From: Chloroflexota bacterium
GTDB taxonomy: Bacteria; Chloroflexota; Limnocylindria; Limnocylindrales; CSP1-4
DNA: 64,000 nucleotides
Direction of reading: 5' to 3'
NCBI GenBank assembly: GCA_021802585.1
Contig: JAJZRQ010000003.1
Location: 2,048-66,047 of the forward strand
The notes beneath the pieces are model-generated. The model had not been told where the DNA came from, searched no databases, and saw nothing but the letters and a program-made list of their open reading frames with translations. The position numbers and the translations under genes are program-made. Below, piece after piece: positions 8,287 to 17,921 of this stretch; within the stretch, counting starts at the first letter, position 1, and each line of letters starts with the position of its first letter.

Positions 8287-9660
8287 TCAGACGGGCGTCG
8301 TGCCTCCCTCGTCCGGCGCCGGGGGGACCCGGCCGCCGAGCCACCAGAGGCCGGCCGCGATCCCGGCGCACGTCGCGGCCGTGGCCAGCCACAGGGTCGC
8401 TCCCGGGGCGACGTCGAGGACGAGGCCGCCGGCGACCGGCCCGATCGCCGAGCCGAGGCCCATGGCCGCCCCGAGGTAGCCCTGGTAGCGCCCCCGGAGC
8501 GCGGGCGGCGACAGCTCGGAGACGAACGACGTCTCGACGGGGAAGACGAACATCTCGCCGAGCGTGGCGAGGACGACCGTGCCGGCGAGCGCGGCGATCG
8601 CGAGGTCGGTCCCCGGGACGATCCCGATCACGAGGTACCCGAGCCCGTACCAGGCCATGCCCACGGCCATGAACCGCGGCCGGGACCGCCGCTCGGCGAG
8701 CGACGCCACGCGGAGCTGGAAGACGAAGATGAGGATCCCGTTGAGGGCGAAGAGGAGGCCCCAGGTCGCGGTCGAGACGTCGAGGCGGGCGTGGGCGTGG
8801 ATCGGGAGGGTGACGACCCACTGGAACGACGCGGCGTGGACCGCCACCGCGAGGAGGAGGAAGAGGGCGAGGATCCGTCGCGGGCCCAGGGGCCGGGCGC
8901 CGCCACGGACCGCCGCCCCGGCCGGGGGCGACGAGGCCGGCGGCGCGGCGGGGAGCGCCGGCGCCCCCTCCCCGGCGATCCCGGGGCCGCCCTCCCCGGC
9001 CTGGCCCGCCACATCGGCCGGGCCTGGCACGCCGGCCGCGGGGTGGATCCCCGGCCGCGTCTCGCGGAGGCCGACGACGAGGATCACCGCGTAGCCGGCG
9101 ATGATCACGCCGGCGGTCACGAACAGGACCCCGTACCCGAGGTTCGAGAGCCCGGCGCCGACCGACGGGCCCGCGATCCAGCCGACGCTCGAGGCCATCG
9201 CCAGGAGGCCGTACGCGCGCGGGCGCCGCTCGACCGGGACGACGTCGGCGACGGCGGCCCGCGCTGCCGGGACGAACGGCGGGTCGACGAGGCCGAGGAG
9301 GAGGGTGAGGGCGGCGACCCAGGCCAGGTCCCGGACGAGGCCCATCGCGGCGACGGTCGCGGCGGTCAGGATGATCGAGACGACCATGACCGGCTTGCGC
9401 CCGACCCGGTCGGCGAGCCAGCCGCCAACGGCGTTCGAGACGATCGAGACGACCGCGTAGAGCCCGACGACGGCGCCGGCGGCGAGGGCGGTCGCGCCGA
9501 GCTCGGCCGTCAGGTAGATCGTGAGGAACGGGAAGACGAGGCTGAACCCGAAGCTCGCGACGAGGTCGCCTGCGGCGAGGACGAAAATCGCGCGGTCGAA
9601 CTCGCGCCGCAGCTCGCGGAGCCTCCTGGTGGGCGCGAGGCGCTCACGGAGCACGGTCAC
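8287..9660 (-). CDS. MFS transporter
   Basis: 457 aa, 12-TM-like profile with the MFS loop motif GGWLADRVGRKPVM. An Ala/Pro-rich central loop is present. Confidence 0.8.
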   Translation of the reverse strand: MTVLRERLAPTRRLRELRREFDRAIFVLAAGDLVASFGFSLVFPFLTIYLTAELGATALAAGAVVGLYAVVSIVSNAVGGWLADRVGRKPVMVVSIILTAATVAAMGLVRDLAWVAALTLLLGLVDPPFVPAARAAVADVVPVERRPRAYGLLAMASSVGWIAGPSVGAGLSNLGYGVLFVTAGVIIAGYAVILVVGLRETRPGIHPAAGVPGPADVAGQAGEGGPGIAGEGAPALPAAPPASSPPAGAAVRGGARPLGPRRILALFLLLAVAVHAASFQWVVTLPIHAHARLDVSTATWGLLFALNGILIFVFQLRVASLAERRSRPRFMAVGMAWYGLGYLVIGIVPGTDLAIAALAGTVVLATLGEMFVFPVETSFVSELSPPALRGRYQGYLGAAMGLGSAIGPVAGGLVLDVAPGATLWLATAATCAGIAAGLWWLGGRVPPAPDEGGTTPV

Positions 9661-9726
9661 GGGTCGAGTATGGGCCGCCGCACCCGCCGCCGGGACCCCG
9701 CGATGCGGGCCGCGACGGGCCGGTCG

Positions 9727-10437
9727 TCAGCGGCGGCCGACGGCCACGAGCTGGGTCGCGCCGCGGGCGCCGGTCGCGCGCAGCCGGGCCCGGAGCTCCT
9801 CGCCGCGTCGCTCGAGGTCGGGGTGCCCGGCGGCGAGCGCGACGTGACGGTCGATCGCGGCCTCGAGGTCGGCGAGCGTCGCCGGGTCGTGCGGGTCCTC
9901 GTCGGGGTCGGCAACGTCGGCCAGGCGGAGGCCGGCGAGCCCGAGGTCGTCGAGGATCGCCAGGATCTCGGCCCGCCGGTACGTCTCCCGGTGGACCTCG
10001 CCGCCGGCGGTGTTCACGGCCGCCCACCAGTGATGGAGGAGGACGTGCGTCATCTGCGTCTCGGACTGGCTGTCGCGGTACATCTCGTTGACGACGACGT
10101 GGCCGCCCGGCCGGACGACGCGGAGCATCTCGGCGAGGACGGGTGCCGGGTCGGCGAAGTGATGGAGGGAGTTCGACACGCAGACGGTGTCGAACGACCC
10201 GTCGGCGAAGGCGAGGCGGTGGGCGTCCATCTCGACGAAGCGGACGTCGTCGCGGTCGCCGAACGCCTCGGCGAAGGCGGCGCCGCGGGCCGGGTTCGCG
10301 TCGATCCCGATGATCTCGCCGTGGCCGCGGAGGCCGTCGAGGAGGAAGCCGACGAAGCCGCCGGCGCCGGTCGCGACGTCGAGGACGCGCCCGCCGTCGA
10401 TGTCGCCGAGGACCTGGCGCGGGTCGAGAGCGGTCAT
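9727..10437 (-). CDS. Class I SAM-dependent methyltransferase
   Basis: Motif I VLDVATGAGGF, then IGIDANP, and a post-II/III region DTVCVSNSLHHF...VVRPGGHVVV. Confidence 0.8.
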   Translation of the reverse strand: MTALDPRQVLGDIDGGRVLDVATGAGGFVGFLLDGLRGHGEIIGIDANPARGAAFAEAFGDRDDVRFVEMDAHRLAFADGSFDTVCVSNSLHHFADPAPVLAEMLRVVRPGGHVVVNEMYRDSQSETQMTHVLLHHWWAAVNTAGGEVHRETYRRAEILAILDDLGLAGLRLADVADPDEDPHDPATLADLEAAIDRHVALAAGHPDLERRGEELRARLRATGARGATQLVAVGRR

Positions 10438-10630
10438 GGTGCGAGGATGCCACGCCGGGGGCGCGGCCGCCGCGCGGCCCCGTCCCCGCGGGCTCGACGC
10501 GGCTCCCTCGATCGCGTTCCGGACCGACTCCGTCTCCGGTGCGACCGCGCCGCACGCGGCCGACCTGCACGAGGTCGTCGTCCGGTGGCCGTCCCGCGGC
10601 GATCCGGCGCGTGTCCGCTACGCTGTTGCG

Positions 10631-11155
10631 GTGAGCGTCCCCGGCCCCGCGCCCAGCGTCCCCGGCCCCGAGCCCGCCGACACGCCCGCGATCCGCGCGA
10701 TCGCCGGCTCCGGCGTGCCGTTCAGCGTCATCCGCACGGCGCGTCCGCACGGACCCGAGGAGAGCGCGCGGCTCCAGGGGATCGAGCTCGGGTCGCTCCT
10801 CCGGACGATCGTCGTGCGCCGCGGCGCGGATGACTACGTCTTCGTCCTCGTGCCGGCGGGGCGGCGGTTCGACTGGCCGAAGCTCCGCGCGCACCTCGGC
10901 GTGACCCGCCTCTCGCTGCCCGACCAGGAGGAGGCGAAGGCGGCCACCGGCTACGAGCGCGGCGCGATCACGCCATTCGGCGCCTCCCATGCCTGGCCTG
11001 TTGTCGCCGACGCGTCGATCGCCGGGCTTCCGCGGGTCGCGATCGGGGGCGGGGCCCACGGGGTCAACCTCCACCTCGCCGCCGCGGACCTCGTCGTGGC
11101 GCTCGCGGCCGAGGTGGCGGACGTCACCGTCGCAGAGGACGGGCCCGCGGGCTGA
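10631..11155 (+). CDS. YbaK/EbsC-type aminoacyl-tRNA editing (deacylase) domain protein
   Basis: The translation contains LRTIVVRRGADDYVFVLVPAGRRFDWPKL...GYERGAITPFG...RVAIGGGAHGVNL, which is the YbaK-family pattern. The GTG start at 10631 was chosen because the upstream part of the ORF is low-complexity. Confidence 0.65.
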   Translation: MSVPGPAPSVPGPEPADTPAIRAIAGSGVPFSVIRTARPHGPEESARLQGIELGSLLRTIVVRRGADDYVFVLVPAGRRFDWPKLRAHLGVTRLSLPDQEEAKAATGYERGAITPFGASHAWPVVADASIAGLPRVAIGGGAHGVNLHLAAADLVVALAAEVADVTVAEDGPAG

Positions 11156-11266
11156 CCCCTTCCGCACGATGCTCCGCACCCGGCACGCTCCGCCCCCAGC
11201 GACCTCGAGGACGAGCCCGTGACCTTGTCCGGGCGGAGGCGCCGCACGCGACCGACCGCCCGAGGC

Positions 11267-12550
11267 TCAGGGGACCGGCTCGGGTGCGCGGAGCGCCGGC
11301 GACACGTAGCGGCGGAGCTCCGGATAGCGCCGCACGACGCCCGCCAGCCCCACGAGGCAGAGGATCCCGCCCGACACGACCGACAGCTGCGGGCCGACGA
11401 CCGCCGCAACGGCGGCCGCCTCCGCGTCGCCGAGGCGCGGGCCGCTCGTCACGACGAGGATGTGGATCGAGGCGACCCGGCCGCGGAGCGCGTCCGGCGT
11501 GTCGAGCTGGACGATCGCCGACCGCAGGACCGCGCTGAAGACGTCGGCCGCCCCCGCCACGGCGAGGAAGGCGAGGGCGAGGGCGAAGCTGAACGTCGAG
11601 AGCCCGAAGGCCGTGATCGCGACGCCCCAGACGGCCACCGCGCCGATGACGGCCCGCCCGGGATGGACGAGCCGGCCGACCCAGCCCGAGAGCGCGGCAC
11701 CGACGAGGGCCCCCGCGGCCGGAGCCGCGACCATGAGGCCGACGCCGGCCGGCCCGGCGGCGAACACGCCGAGGGCGAGGGCGGGGAACAGGGAGGTCGG
11801 CATCCCGAAGACCATCGCCACGAGGTCGATGACGAACGTCGAGAGGACGACGCGGCGGCCGCGGACGAACCGGAGCCCCACCGCGACGGTGCCGAGGCTC
11901 GGGCGGGCCGCGTCCGGGTGGGGCGGGATCGGGGCGATGACGAGAAGAGCGAGGATCGCCGCCCCGAACGTGACGGCGTCGACGAAGAACGCGGCGGCGA
12001 CCCCGATCGTCGCGATCAGGACCCCGCCGAGCGCGGGCCCGGCCACGGCCATCGCCTGGAAGCCGAGCTGGTTCAGGGCGATCGCCGCCGGCAGCCGCGC
12101 CACCGGCACGAGGCGCGGGATCGCCGAGGTGCGGGCCGGCTGGTCCACGGCGCCGAGGCCCGCGGCGACGAAGGCGACGGCGTAGTAGGTCCAGACGGGC
12201 GTGCCAGGGGTGAGGGCGAGCCAGAAGAACGCCGTGCTCGCCGCGGCGAGCCCGAGCTGGGTGGCGAGGAGGAGGCGCCGCCGGTCGACGGCGTCGGCGA
12301 TCGCGCCGCCGCCGAGGGCGAAGGCAAGAATCGGCACGAGCTGGACGAGCGCGAGGAGCCCGACGGCGAGGGTCGAGCCGGTCAGGACGTAGAGCTGGAA
12401 GGGCAGCGCCACGACCGTGACCTGGCGCCCTCCGCCGCTCACGAGCTGCCCGATCCAGAGGAGCCGGTAGTCGCGGTCGCGCCGGAGCGGCTCGACGTCG
12501 AGGAGGATCCCGCGGAGGCGCCCGCGTCGCGTCCGGGGATCGGGGGTCAT
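11267..12550 (-). CDS. MFS transporter (EntS/DUF894-like)
   Basis: N-terminus LRRDRDYRLLWIGQLVSGGGRQVTVVALPFQLY and a 12-TM profile. The ATG at 12550 gives 427 aa. The longer 979-aa ORF upstream of that is Arg/Pro-rich shadow. Confidence 0.8.
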   Translation of the reverse strand: MTPDPRTRRGRLRGILLDVEPLRRDRDYRLLWIGQLVSGGGRQVTVVALPFQLYVLTGSTLAVGLLALVQLVPILAFALGGGAIADAVDRRRLLLATQLGLAAASTAFFWLALTPGTPVWTYYAVAFVAAGLGAVDQPARTSAIPRLVPVARLPAAIALNQLGFQAMAVAGPALGGVLIATIGVAAAFFVDAVTFGAAILALLVIAPIPPHPDAARPSLGTVAVGLRFVRGRRVVLSTFVIDLVAMVFGMPTSLFPALALGVFAAGPAGVGLMVAAPAAGALVGAALSGWVGRLVHPGRAVIGAVAVWGVAITAFGLSTFSFALALAFLAVAGAADVFSAVLRSAIVQLDTPDALRGRVASIHILVVTSGPRLGDAEAAAVAAVVGPQLSVVSGGILCLVGLAGVVRRYPELRRYVSPALRAPEPVP

Positions 12551-12736
12551 GGCCCGAAGGATACGGAAGGGCGGCGGGGCATACCCGGGCCTGTGCCGGG
12601 GCCGCGTGCCCGGTGACGGGCATTCGGCGCGTCGGGCGCGACGCTCGCGCCCCGCGGCCGCGGCGGCGCGCCGGGCGCAACGCCCGCGTCGCGCAACGCC
12701 CGCGTCGCGCGGCCGCCGCTCCCCTACGCTTGGCCC

Positions 12737-14125
12737 GTGGACGACTACGCCGGCGTCTCGTACTGGCTGGAGTCGAGCGGCGATCTCGCGCCGCGGCCGC
12801 CGCTCGACGGGTCGACGGCCTGCGACGTCGCGATCCTCGGCGCCGGGTACACGGGACTCTGGACCGCCTGGTACCTCCTCCGGCGGCAGCCCGGCCTGCG
12901 CGTCGTCGTCGCCGAGGCGGAGGTCGCGGGGTTCGGGGCCTCCGGCCGCAACGGGGCCTGGTGCGCGCCGGATCTCAACATCTCGATCGAGCGCCTCGCC
13001 CGGCTGCACGGGGAGGATGCCGCCCGCCGCCTCCAGCATGCGACGTACGACGCCGTCGACGAGGTCGGCCGGGCGGCGGCGGAGGCGGGGATCGACGCCG
13101 GCTTCCACAAGGGCGGCGAGCTCCTCGTGGCGCGCGGGCCGCACCATGTCCCGGCGATCGAGGCGGCGTACCGCGAATACGAGCGGTTCGGCTTCGGCGA
13201 CCGGTACGAGCTCCTCGACGGCGCCGGCGTCGCCGCGCGGGTCCGGATCGCCGGCGCCGTCGCCGGCCTCCGGACGCCGGACGCGGCGGTCATCCACCCC
13301 GGCCGCCTCGTGCGCGGGCTCGCGACCGCCGTCGAGCGGATGGGGGCCCGGATCGTCGAGCGGACCCCGGTCACCGGCATCCGAGCCGCCGCCGGAGGGG
13401 CGCCCGCCGCCCTGCTCACGCCGCGCGGCGAGATCCGGGCCCCGGTCGTCGTCCTCGCCGGGGAGGCGTACCTCGTCCGCCTCGCGCAGCTCCACCGGCA
13501 GCTCGTCCCGATGTACTCGCTCATCGTCCTCACCGAGCCACTCTCCGACGCGCGGTGGGCCGAGATCGGGTGGGCCGGCCGCGAGGTCGTCGCCTCGGCC
13601 CGCCTCTCGATCGACTACCTGTCGCGGACGGAGGACGGCCGGATCCTCTTCGGCGGGCGCGGGGCGCCGTACCGCCTCGGCTCGCCGATCCGCGACGCGT
13701 ACGACCGCCACGCGGCGACCCACGAGATGCTTCGCGGCTTCGCCCGGGCGTGGTTCCCGGCCCTTCGCGACGTCCGCTTCACCCACGCCTGGGGCGGGCC
13801 CCTCGGGATGCCGCGCGACTGGCACCCGACGATCGCGTTCGACCGGCGGTCCGGGATCGCGACCGCCCGCGGGTACGTCGGCCACGGCGTCTCGACGGCG
13901 AACCTCGCCGGCCGGACGCTCGCCGACCTCGTCGCGGGCGAGCGCACGCCGCTCACGGAGTTGCCGCTCGTCGGCCACCGGAGCCCCGACTGGGAGGTCG
14001 AGCCGCTCCGCTGGCTGGGGATCCGGTACGCGCAGGGAGCCCTCTCCCGGCTCGACCGCCGCGCAGAGGCGACTGGCCGGCCGCCGACGGGGCGGTCGCT
14101 CGCCGAGCGGCTCGCGAGCCACTGA
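12737..14125 (+). CDS. FAD-dependent oxidoreductase (DAO family)
   Basis: N-terminal dinucleotide fold CDVAILGAGYTGLWTAWYL followed by GASGRNGAW. 462 aa. Confidence 0.8.
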   Translation: MDDYAGVSYWLESSGDLAPRPPLDGSTACDVAILGAGYTGLWTAWYLLRRQPGLRVVVAEAEVAGFGASGRNGAWCAPDLNISIERLARLHGEDAARRLQHATYDAVDEVGRAAAEAGIDAGFHKGGELLVARGPHHVPAIEAAYREYERFGFGDRYELLDGAGVAARVRIAGAVAGLRTPDAAVIHPGRLVRGLATAVERMGARIVERTPVTGIRAAAGGAPAALLTPRGEIRAPVVVLAGEAYLVRLAQLHRQLVPMYSLIVLTEPLSDARWAEIGWAGREVVASARLSIDYLSRTEDGRILFGGRGAPYRLGSPIRDAYDRHAATHEMLRGFARAWFPALRDVRFTHAWGGPLGMPRDWHPTIAFDRRSGIATARGYVGHGVSTANLAGRTLADLVAGERTPLTELPLVGHRSPDWEVEPLRWLGIRYAQGALSRLDRRAEATGRPPTGRSLAERLASH

Positions 14126-14168
14126 CCCGGCGCCGGCGGGGGGTGCCCGCGCCGCGGGCCCTGGTGCC

Positions 14169-14250
14169 GCCCTGCGACGAGGCGGCGCGGCCCTGGTGCC
14201 GGCCACGGGGTGGCGCCCTGCGACGAGGCGGCGCGGCCCTGGTGCCGGCC
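14169..14250. repeat. 36-bp direct repeat (2 copies, 46-bp period) in a long intergenic region
   Basis: gccctgcgacgaggcggcgcggccctggtgccggcc occurs at 14169-14204 and 14215-14250. The core ggccctggtgccg occurs a third time just upstream (about 14157). Confidence 0.75.
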
Positions 14251-14764
14251 CACGGAGCAGGCGCGCGGTCGGCCCGGCTCCCCAATGCCGGTCCAGAGAT
14301 CATTCGTCATCGCCTGCCCGGCCGACGGGGATCCACCGCCGGGCAGATCCCCCGGTGGCCCTCCGTGTCGAGCTCGGTCCAGCTCGCGAGGGGGCCCGGG
14401 CGAGGGCGACGGTGGCCCCAACGGGGAGCGGACGGCCGCATCGTCCTGCGCAGTGATCCAGAGGGCCGCATCGGGGAGCGGGGACGGCCGCGCCACCGGG
14501 GGCGGGGAGCGGCCGCCGCGCTGCCGGGGCGGGGACGATGCCCGGCCCGCCGGCGACGCCATCACCGCGGCCCGGCTCCGCGGCCGGCGACGTCGTGGCG
14601 GGCGGCCTCGTTTGACGACTCCCCGCTCGTGGCCTACGCTCACCGCCCAAAGGCGATGGTGTCCGCCGAGACGCTCGACGTCTGAACAGCCCGATCGGGA
14701 TGATGGCCCCTGGACTGCTCGTGCAGGCCGGGGGCCATTGTGGTCTCCCGGGCCGGGAGATGGC

Positions 14765-15532
14765 ATGGACGACAGAAACACGACCGTCGCGACCGCGGCC
14801 GGGCCAGCGATCGGCGGCGAGCGCGCCGATCCGCGGCCCCGCCCCCCGGTCGAAGAGGTCGGCGATGTCGCCCTTGCCGACCTCTTCGCGGAGCCAGGCT
14901 GCCCGCTCTGCCGGCTCCGCGAGCGCTCGGCGCGTCGCTTCGTCGGGTCGTTCCTCTGGGAGAGCGTGACCGACGTCGACTTCCGCGAGCGCCTCGCCCG
15001 GGGGCGCGGGTTCTGCCCAGAGCACGGTGGGCTCGTCCTCGCGATCGACACCGCGGCGGAGGGGACACCCGTGGGCAGCGCGATCCTCCTCGAGTCGATC
15101 CTGCGGCTCCGCCTCGCCGACCTCGAGGACCGGGGCCGCCGGGCGCCGCGGCCGCGGCGCGGCCGACGCGCGGGGGATCCGGGGGCCGTGGATTGTCCCG
15201 TCTGCGAGCAGGTGGACGTGGCGGTCGCCGGCGCCTCGGCGCGCATCCTCGACCTCCTCCGTCTTCCCGCGTGGCGCGCGACGCTCGCCGCCGCCGAGCC
15301 GTGCATCCCCGACCTCGAGAGCCTCGACCGCCTCGCCTCCGCGCGCCGGACGGCGGCGTGGGCAGAGGTCGCCGCCGCCCAGCGCGCGCGGCTCGTCGCC
15401 GTCGCGGATCGGCTCGCCGGCCTCGTCGCGCACAGCGCCCACGACCGCCGGCACCTGCGGACGCGCTCCGAGGTCGCGGCGGTGGGCGAGGCCGCGGCGC
15501 TCCTCGGCTTCCGGGCGTCGACCGATGGCTGA
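14765..15532 (+). CDS. Cys-rich protein with CxxC...GFCxxH module(s), DUF6062-like, function unknown
   Basis: The translation has CPLC followed 37 residues later by GFCPEH. A second CPVC is followed by a degenerate EPCIPD. Composition is natural after the ATG at 14765, and the stop overlaps the next gene's ATG. Confidence 0.6.
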   Translation: MDDRNTTVATAAGPAIGGERADPRPRPPVEEVGDVALADLFAEPGCPLCRLRERSARRFVGSFLWESVTDVDFRERLARGRGFCPEHGGLVLAIDTAAEGTPVGSAILLESILRLRLADLEDRGRRAPRPRRGRRAGDPGAVDCPVCEQVDVAVAGASARILDLLRLPAWRATLAAAEPCIPDLESLDRLASARRTAAWAEVAAAQRARLVAVADRLAGLVAHSAHDRRHLRTRSEVAAVGEAAALLGFRASTDG

Positions 15533-16868
15533 CCCGACGAGCGGCACGGCGGCGGCGGTGGGCGTCGAGGCACGGGCGTCGACCGGCATGGCGACGGCGG
15601 CGGGCGTCGAGGCACGGGCGTCGAGCGGCACGTCGGCGGCAACCGGCGCGCGGTGGCTCAACCGGAACGTCGCCGCGATGGGAATCACGAGCCTCTTCTC
15701 AGACGCCAGTCACGAGACGGCGACGGCGGTCCTGCCGGGGTTCCTCGGGGTCCTCGGCCTCCCGCCCGTCGCCCTCGGCGTCATCGAGGGCGCCTCCGAC
15801 GCGCTGGCGAGCTTCGTGAAGCTCGGGTCCGGCTGGATCGGCGACCGGACCGCCAGCCGCTGGGGCATCGCCGTCGTCGGCTACACGCTCACCGGGATCA
15901 TGCCGCTCGGGCTCGCTCTCGCCGGCTCGTGGCCGGTCGTCCTCGGGGCGAAGCTCGTGGGGTGGCTCGGCCGGGGGATCCGGGGCCCCGTCCGCGACGC
16001 GATGCTCGCCGCGTCCGTCGCGCCGGAGGCGCGGGGCCGCGCGTTCGGATTCCACCGGGCCGGCGACACGATCGGCGCGGTGATCGGCCCGGCGCTCGGG
16101 GTCGCGGTCCTCGGGGCGTTCGCGGCGACGGCGACCGAGCCCCTCGCGGCGTTCCGCGCGGTCTTCCTCCTCGCGCTCATCCCCGGGATCCTCGCCGCGC
16201 TCACGTTCGCCGTCTTCGTCCGGGACCCGGCGACCGGCAGCCGCTCCACGGGCACGTTCCGGGCCGCCGTCGTCGGACTCCCCGCGCGGTTCCGGCGCTA
16301 CCTCGTCGCCGTCGGCCTGTTCGGGATCGGCGACTTCGCGCCGAGCCTTCTCATCCTCGCCGCGACGACGCTCCTCGCGCCCTCGCTCGGGATCGTCGCC
16401 GCCGGCGCGACCGCCGGGCTCCTCTACGTCCTCCGCAACGCGGTCTACGCCCTCGGCGCGTACCCTGTCGGCGCCCTGAGCGACCGGACGGGGCGCCCGG
16501 TCCTCCTCCTCGCCGTCGGCTACGCGCTCGGCGCCGCCGTCGCCGCGGGCACCGCGCTCGCCTTCGCGGCCGCCATCGACGACCCAGCGTACCTCGCCCT
16601 CCTCTTCGTCGGCTCGGGGCTCCTCGCGGCGGTCGAGGACACCCTCGAGGCCGTCTCGACGGCCGAGCTCGCCGGCGACACGGCGCGGGCGACCGCCTTC
16701 GGCCTCCTCGGCACGGTGAACGGCGTCGGTGACCTCGTCGCGAGCGCGGGGGTGGGCCTCGTCTGGACGGTCCTCTCGCCGTTCGCCGCGTTCGGCGCGG
16801 CGACGGTCGCGATGGGGGCGGGCGCGGCCCTCGTCGCCGGCATGGCCCTCCGGGGAGCCGCGCGATGA
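15525..16868 (+). CDS. MFS transporter
   Basis: NRNVAAMGITSLFSDASHE... followed by a 12-TM-like profile. The start is uncertain (ATG at 15525 overlapping the upstream stop, or ATG at 15588). The stop overlaps the MoxR ATG (ATGA). Confidence 0.7.
   Translation: MADPTSGTAAAVGVEARASTGMATAAGVEARASSGTSAATGARWLNRNVAAMGITSLFSDASHETATAVLPGFLGVLGLPPVALGVIEGASDALASFVKLGSGWIGDRTASRWGIAVVGYTLTGIMPLGLALAGSWPVVLGAKLVGWLGRGIRGPVRDAMLAASVAPEARGRAFGFHRAGDTIGAVIGPALGVAVLGAFAATATEPLAAFRAVFLLALIPGILAALTFAVFVRDPATGSRSTGTFRAAVVGLPARFRRYLVAVGLFGIGDFAPSLLILAATTLLAPSLGIVAAGATAGLLYVLRNAVYALGAYPVGALSDRTGRPVLLLAVGYALGAAVAAGTALAFAAAIDDPAYLALLFVGSGLLAAVEDTLEAVSTAELAGDTARATAFGLLGTVNGVGDLVASAGVGLVWTVLSPFAAFGAATVAMGAGAALVAGMALRGAAR
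15560..15624. repeat. 23-bp direct repeat, 42-bp period, at the 5' end of the MFS gene
   Basis: gggcgtcgaggcacgggcgtcga occurs at 15560-15582 and 15602-15624. If translated, it encodes GVEARAS twice. Confidence 0.7.
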
Positions 16869-17890
16869 GCGACGAGACGGCGCTCCTGCCGGCGGCCGAG
16901 CCGCAGGTGGGAGCCGAGCCGCGGGCGACGAGCGCGTCGCGGGAGGGGGTCGCGGGCGAGCGGTTCTGGACGGGCATCCGGGCGGCGGTCGCGAACGCGG
17001 TCGTCGGGGCCGAGCCGGCCCTCCGGCTCCTCGCCGTGGCGCTTCTCGCCGACGGGCACGCCCTCGTGGAGGACGTCCCCGGGACCGGCAAGACGACCCT
17101 CGCCCGGGCGTTCGCCCGCGCCCTCGGGCTCGGCTTCGGGCGGGTGCAGGGGACGCCGGACCTCCTCCCCGGCGACGTCACGGGCAGCAGCGTCTACGAG
17201 GGGGGCACGTTCCGCTTCGTGCCCGGGCCGATCTTCACGAACGTCCTCCTCGTCGACGAGGTGAACCGGGCGACGCCCCGCACGCAGGCGGCGCTCCTCG
17301 AGGCGATGCAGGAGCGCCAGGTGTCGGTCGACGGGGAGACCCGCCGGCTGCCGGAGCCGTTCCTCGTGCTGGCCACCCAGAACCCGATCGAGCTCGAGGG
17401 GACGTTCGCCCTTCCCGAGGCCCAGCTCGACCGCTTCCTCGTCCGGATCGAGCTCGGCTACCCGTCCGAGGACGCGGAGCTCGAGATCGCCGCCCGCTAC
17501 CAGGCCACGGACGAGCCGCTCGAGCGGGTCGAGGCAGCCTTCGCCCCGCCCGACCTCCGCGCGCTTCGCGAGGCCGCGCGGACAGCCGTCGTCGGCGACG
17601 AGGTGGCCCGCTACCTCGTGGCCCTCGTCCGGCGGACGCGCGGGCACCCCGACCTGCGCCTCGGGGCGAGCCCCCGGGCGAGCGTCGCCCTCTACCGGGC
17701 GAGCCAGGCGTGGGCGACCCTCGACGGCCGCCGGTTCGTCCTCCCCGACGACGTCGCGGCCGTCGCCCCGGCCGTCCTCTCCCACCGCATCCTCCTCGAC
17801 ATCGACCGGGAGCTCCGGGGCGCGACGACAGCGGCGGTGGTCGCCGACGTCCTCGCGGACGTGCCCGTCCCGATCGTCCGGGCACGATGA
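16865..17890 (+). CDS. MoxR-family AAA+ ATPase
   Basis: Walker A EDVPGTGKTTLA, Walker B LLVDEVNRATPRTQAALLEAM, and LVLATQNPIELEGTFALPEAQLDRF are hallmark MoxR motifs. Confidence 0.9.
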   Translation: MSDETALLPAAEPQVGAEPRATSASREGVAGERFWTGIRAAVANAVVGAEPALRLLAVALLADGHALVEDVPGTGKTTLARAFARALGLGFGRVQGTPDLLPGDVTGSSVYEGGTFRFVPGPIFTNVLLVDEVNRATPRTQAALLEAMQERQVSVDGETRRLPEPFLVLATQNPIELEGTFALPEAQLDRFLVRIELGYPSEDAELEIAARYQATDEPLERVEAAFAPPDLRALREAARTAVVGDEVARYLVALVRRTRGHPDLRLGASPRASVALYRASQAWATLDGRRFVLPDDVAAVAPAVLSHRILLDIDRELRGATTAAVVADVLADVPVPIVRAR

Positions 17891-17921
17891 AGGCGGCGAT
17901 CGCCGGCAGGGCGGTCGGGCG

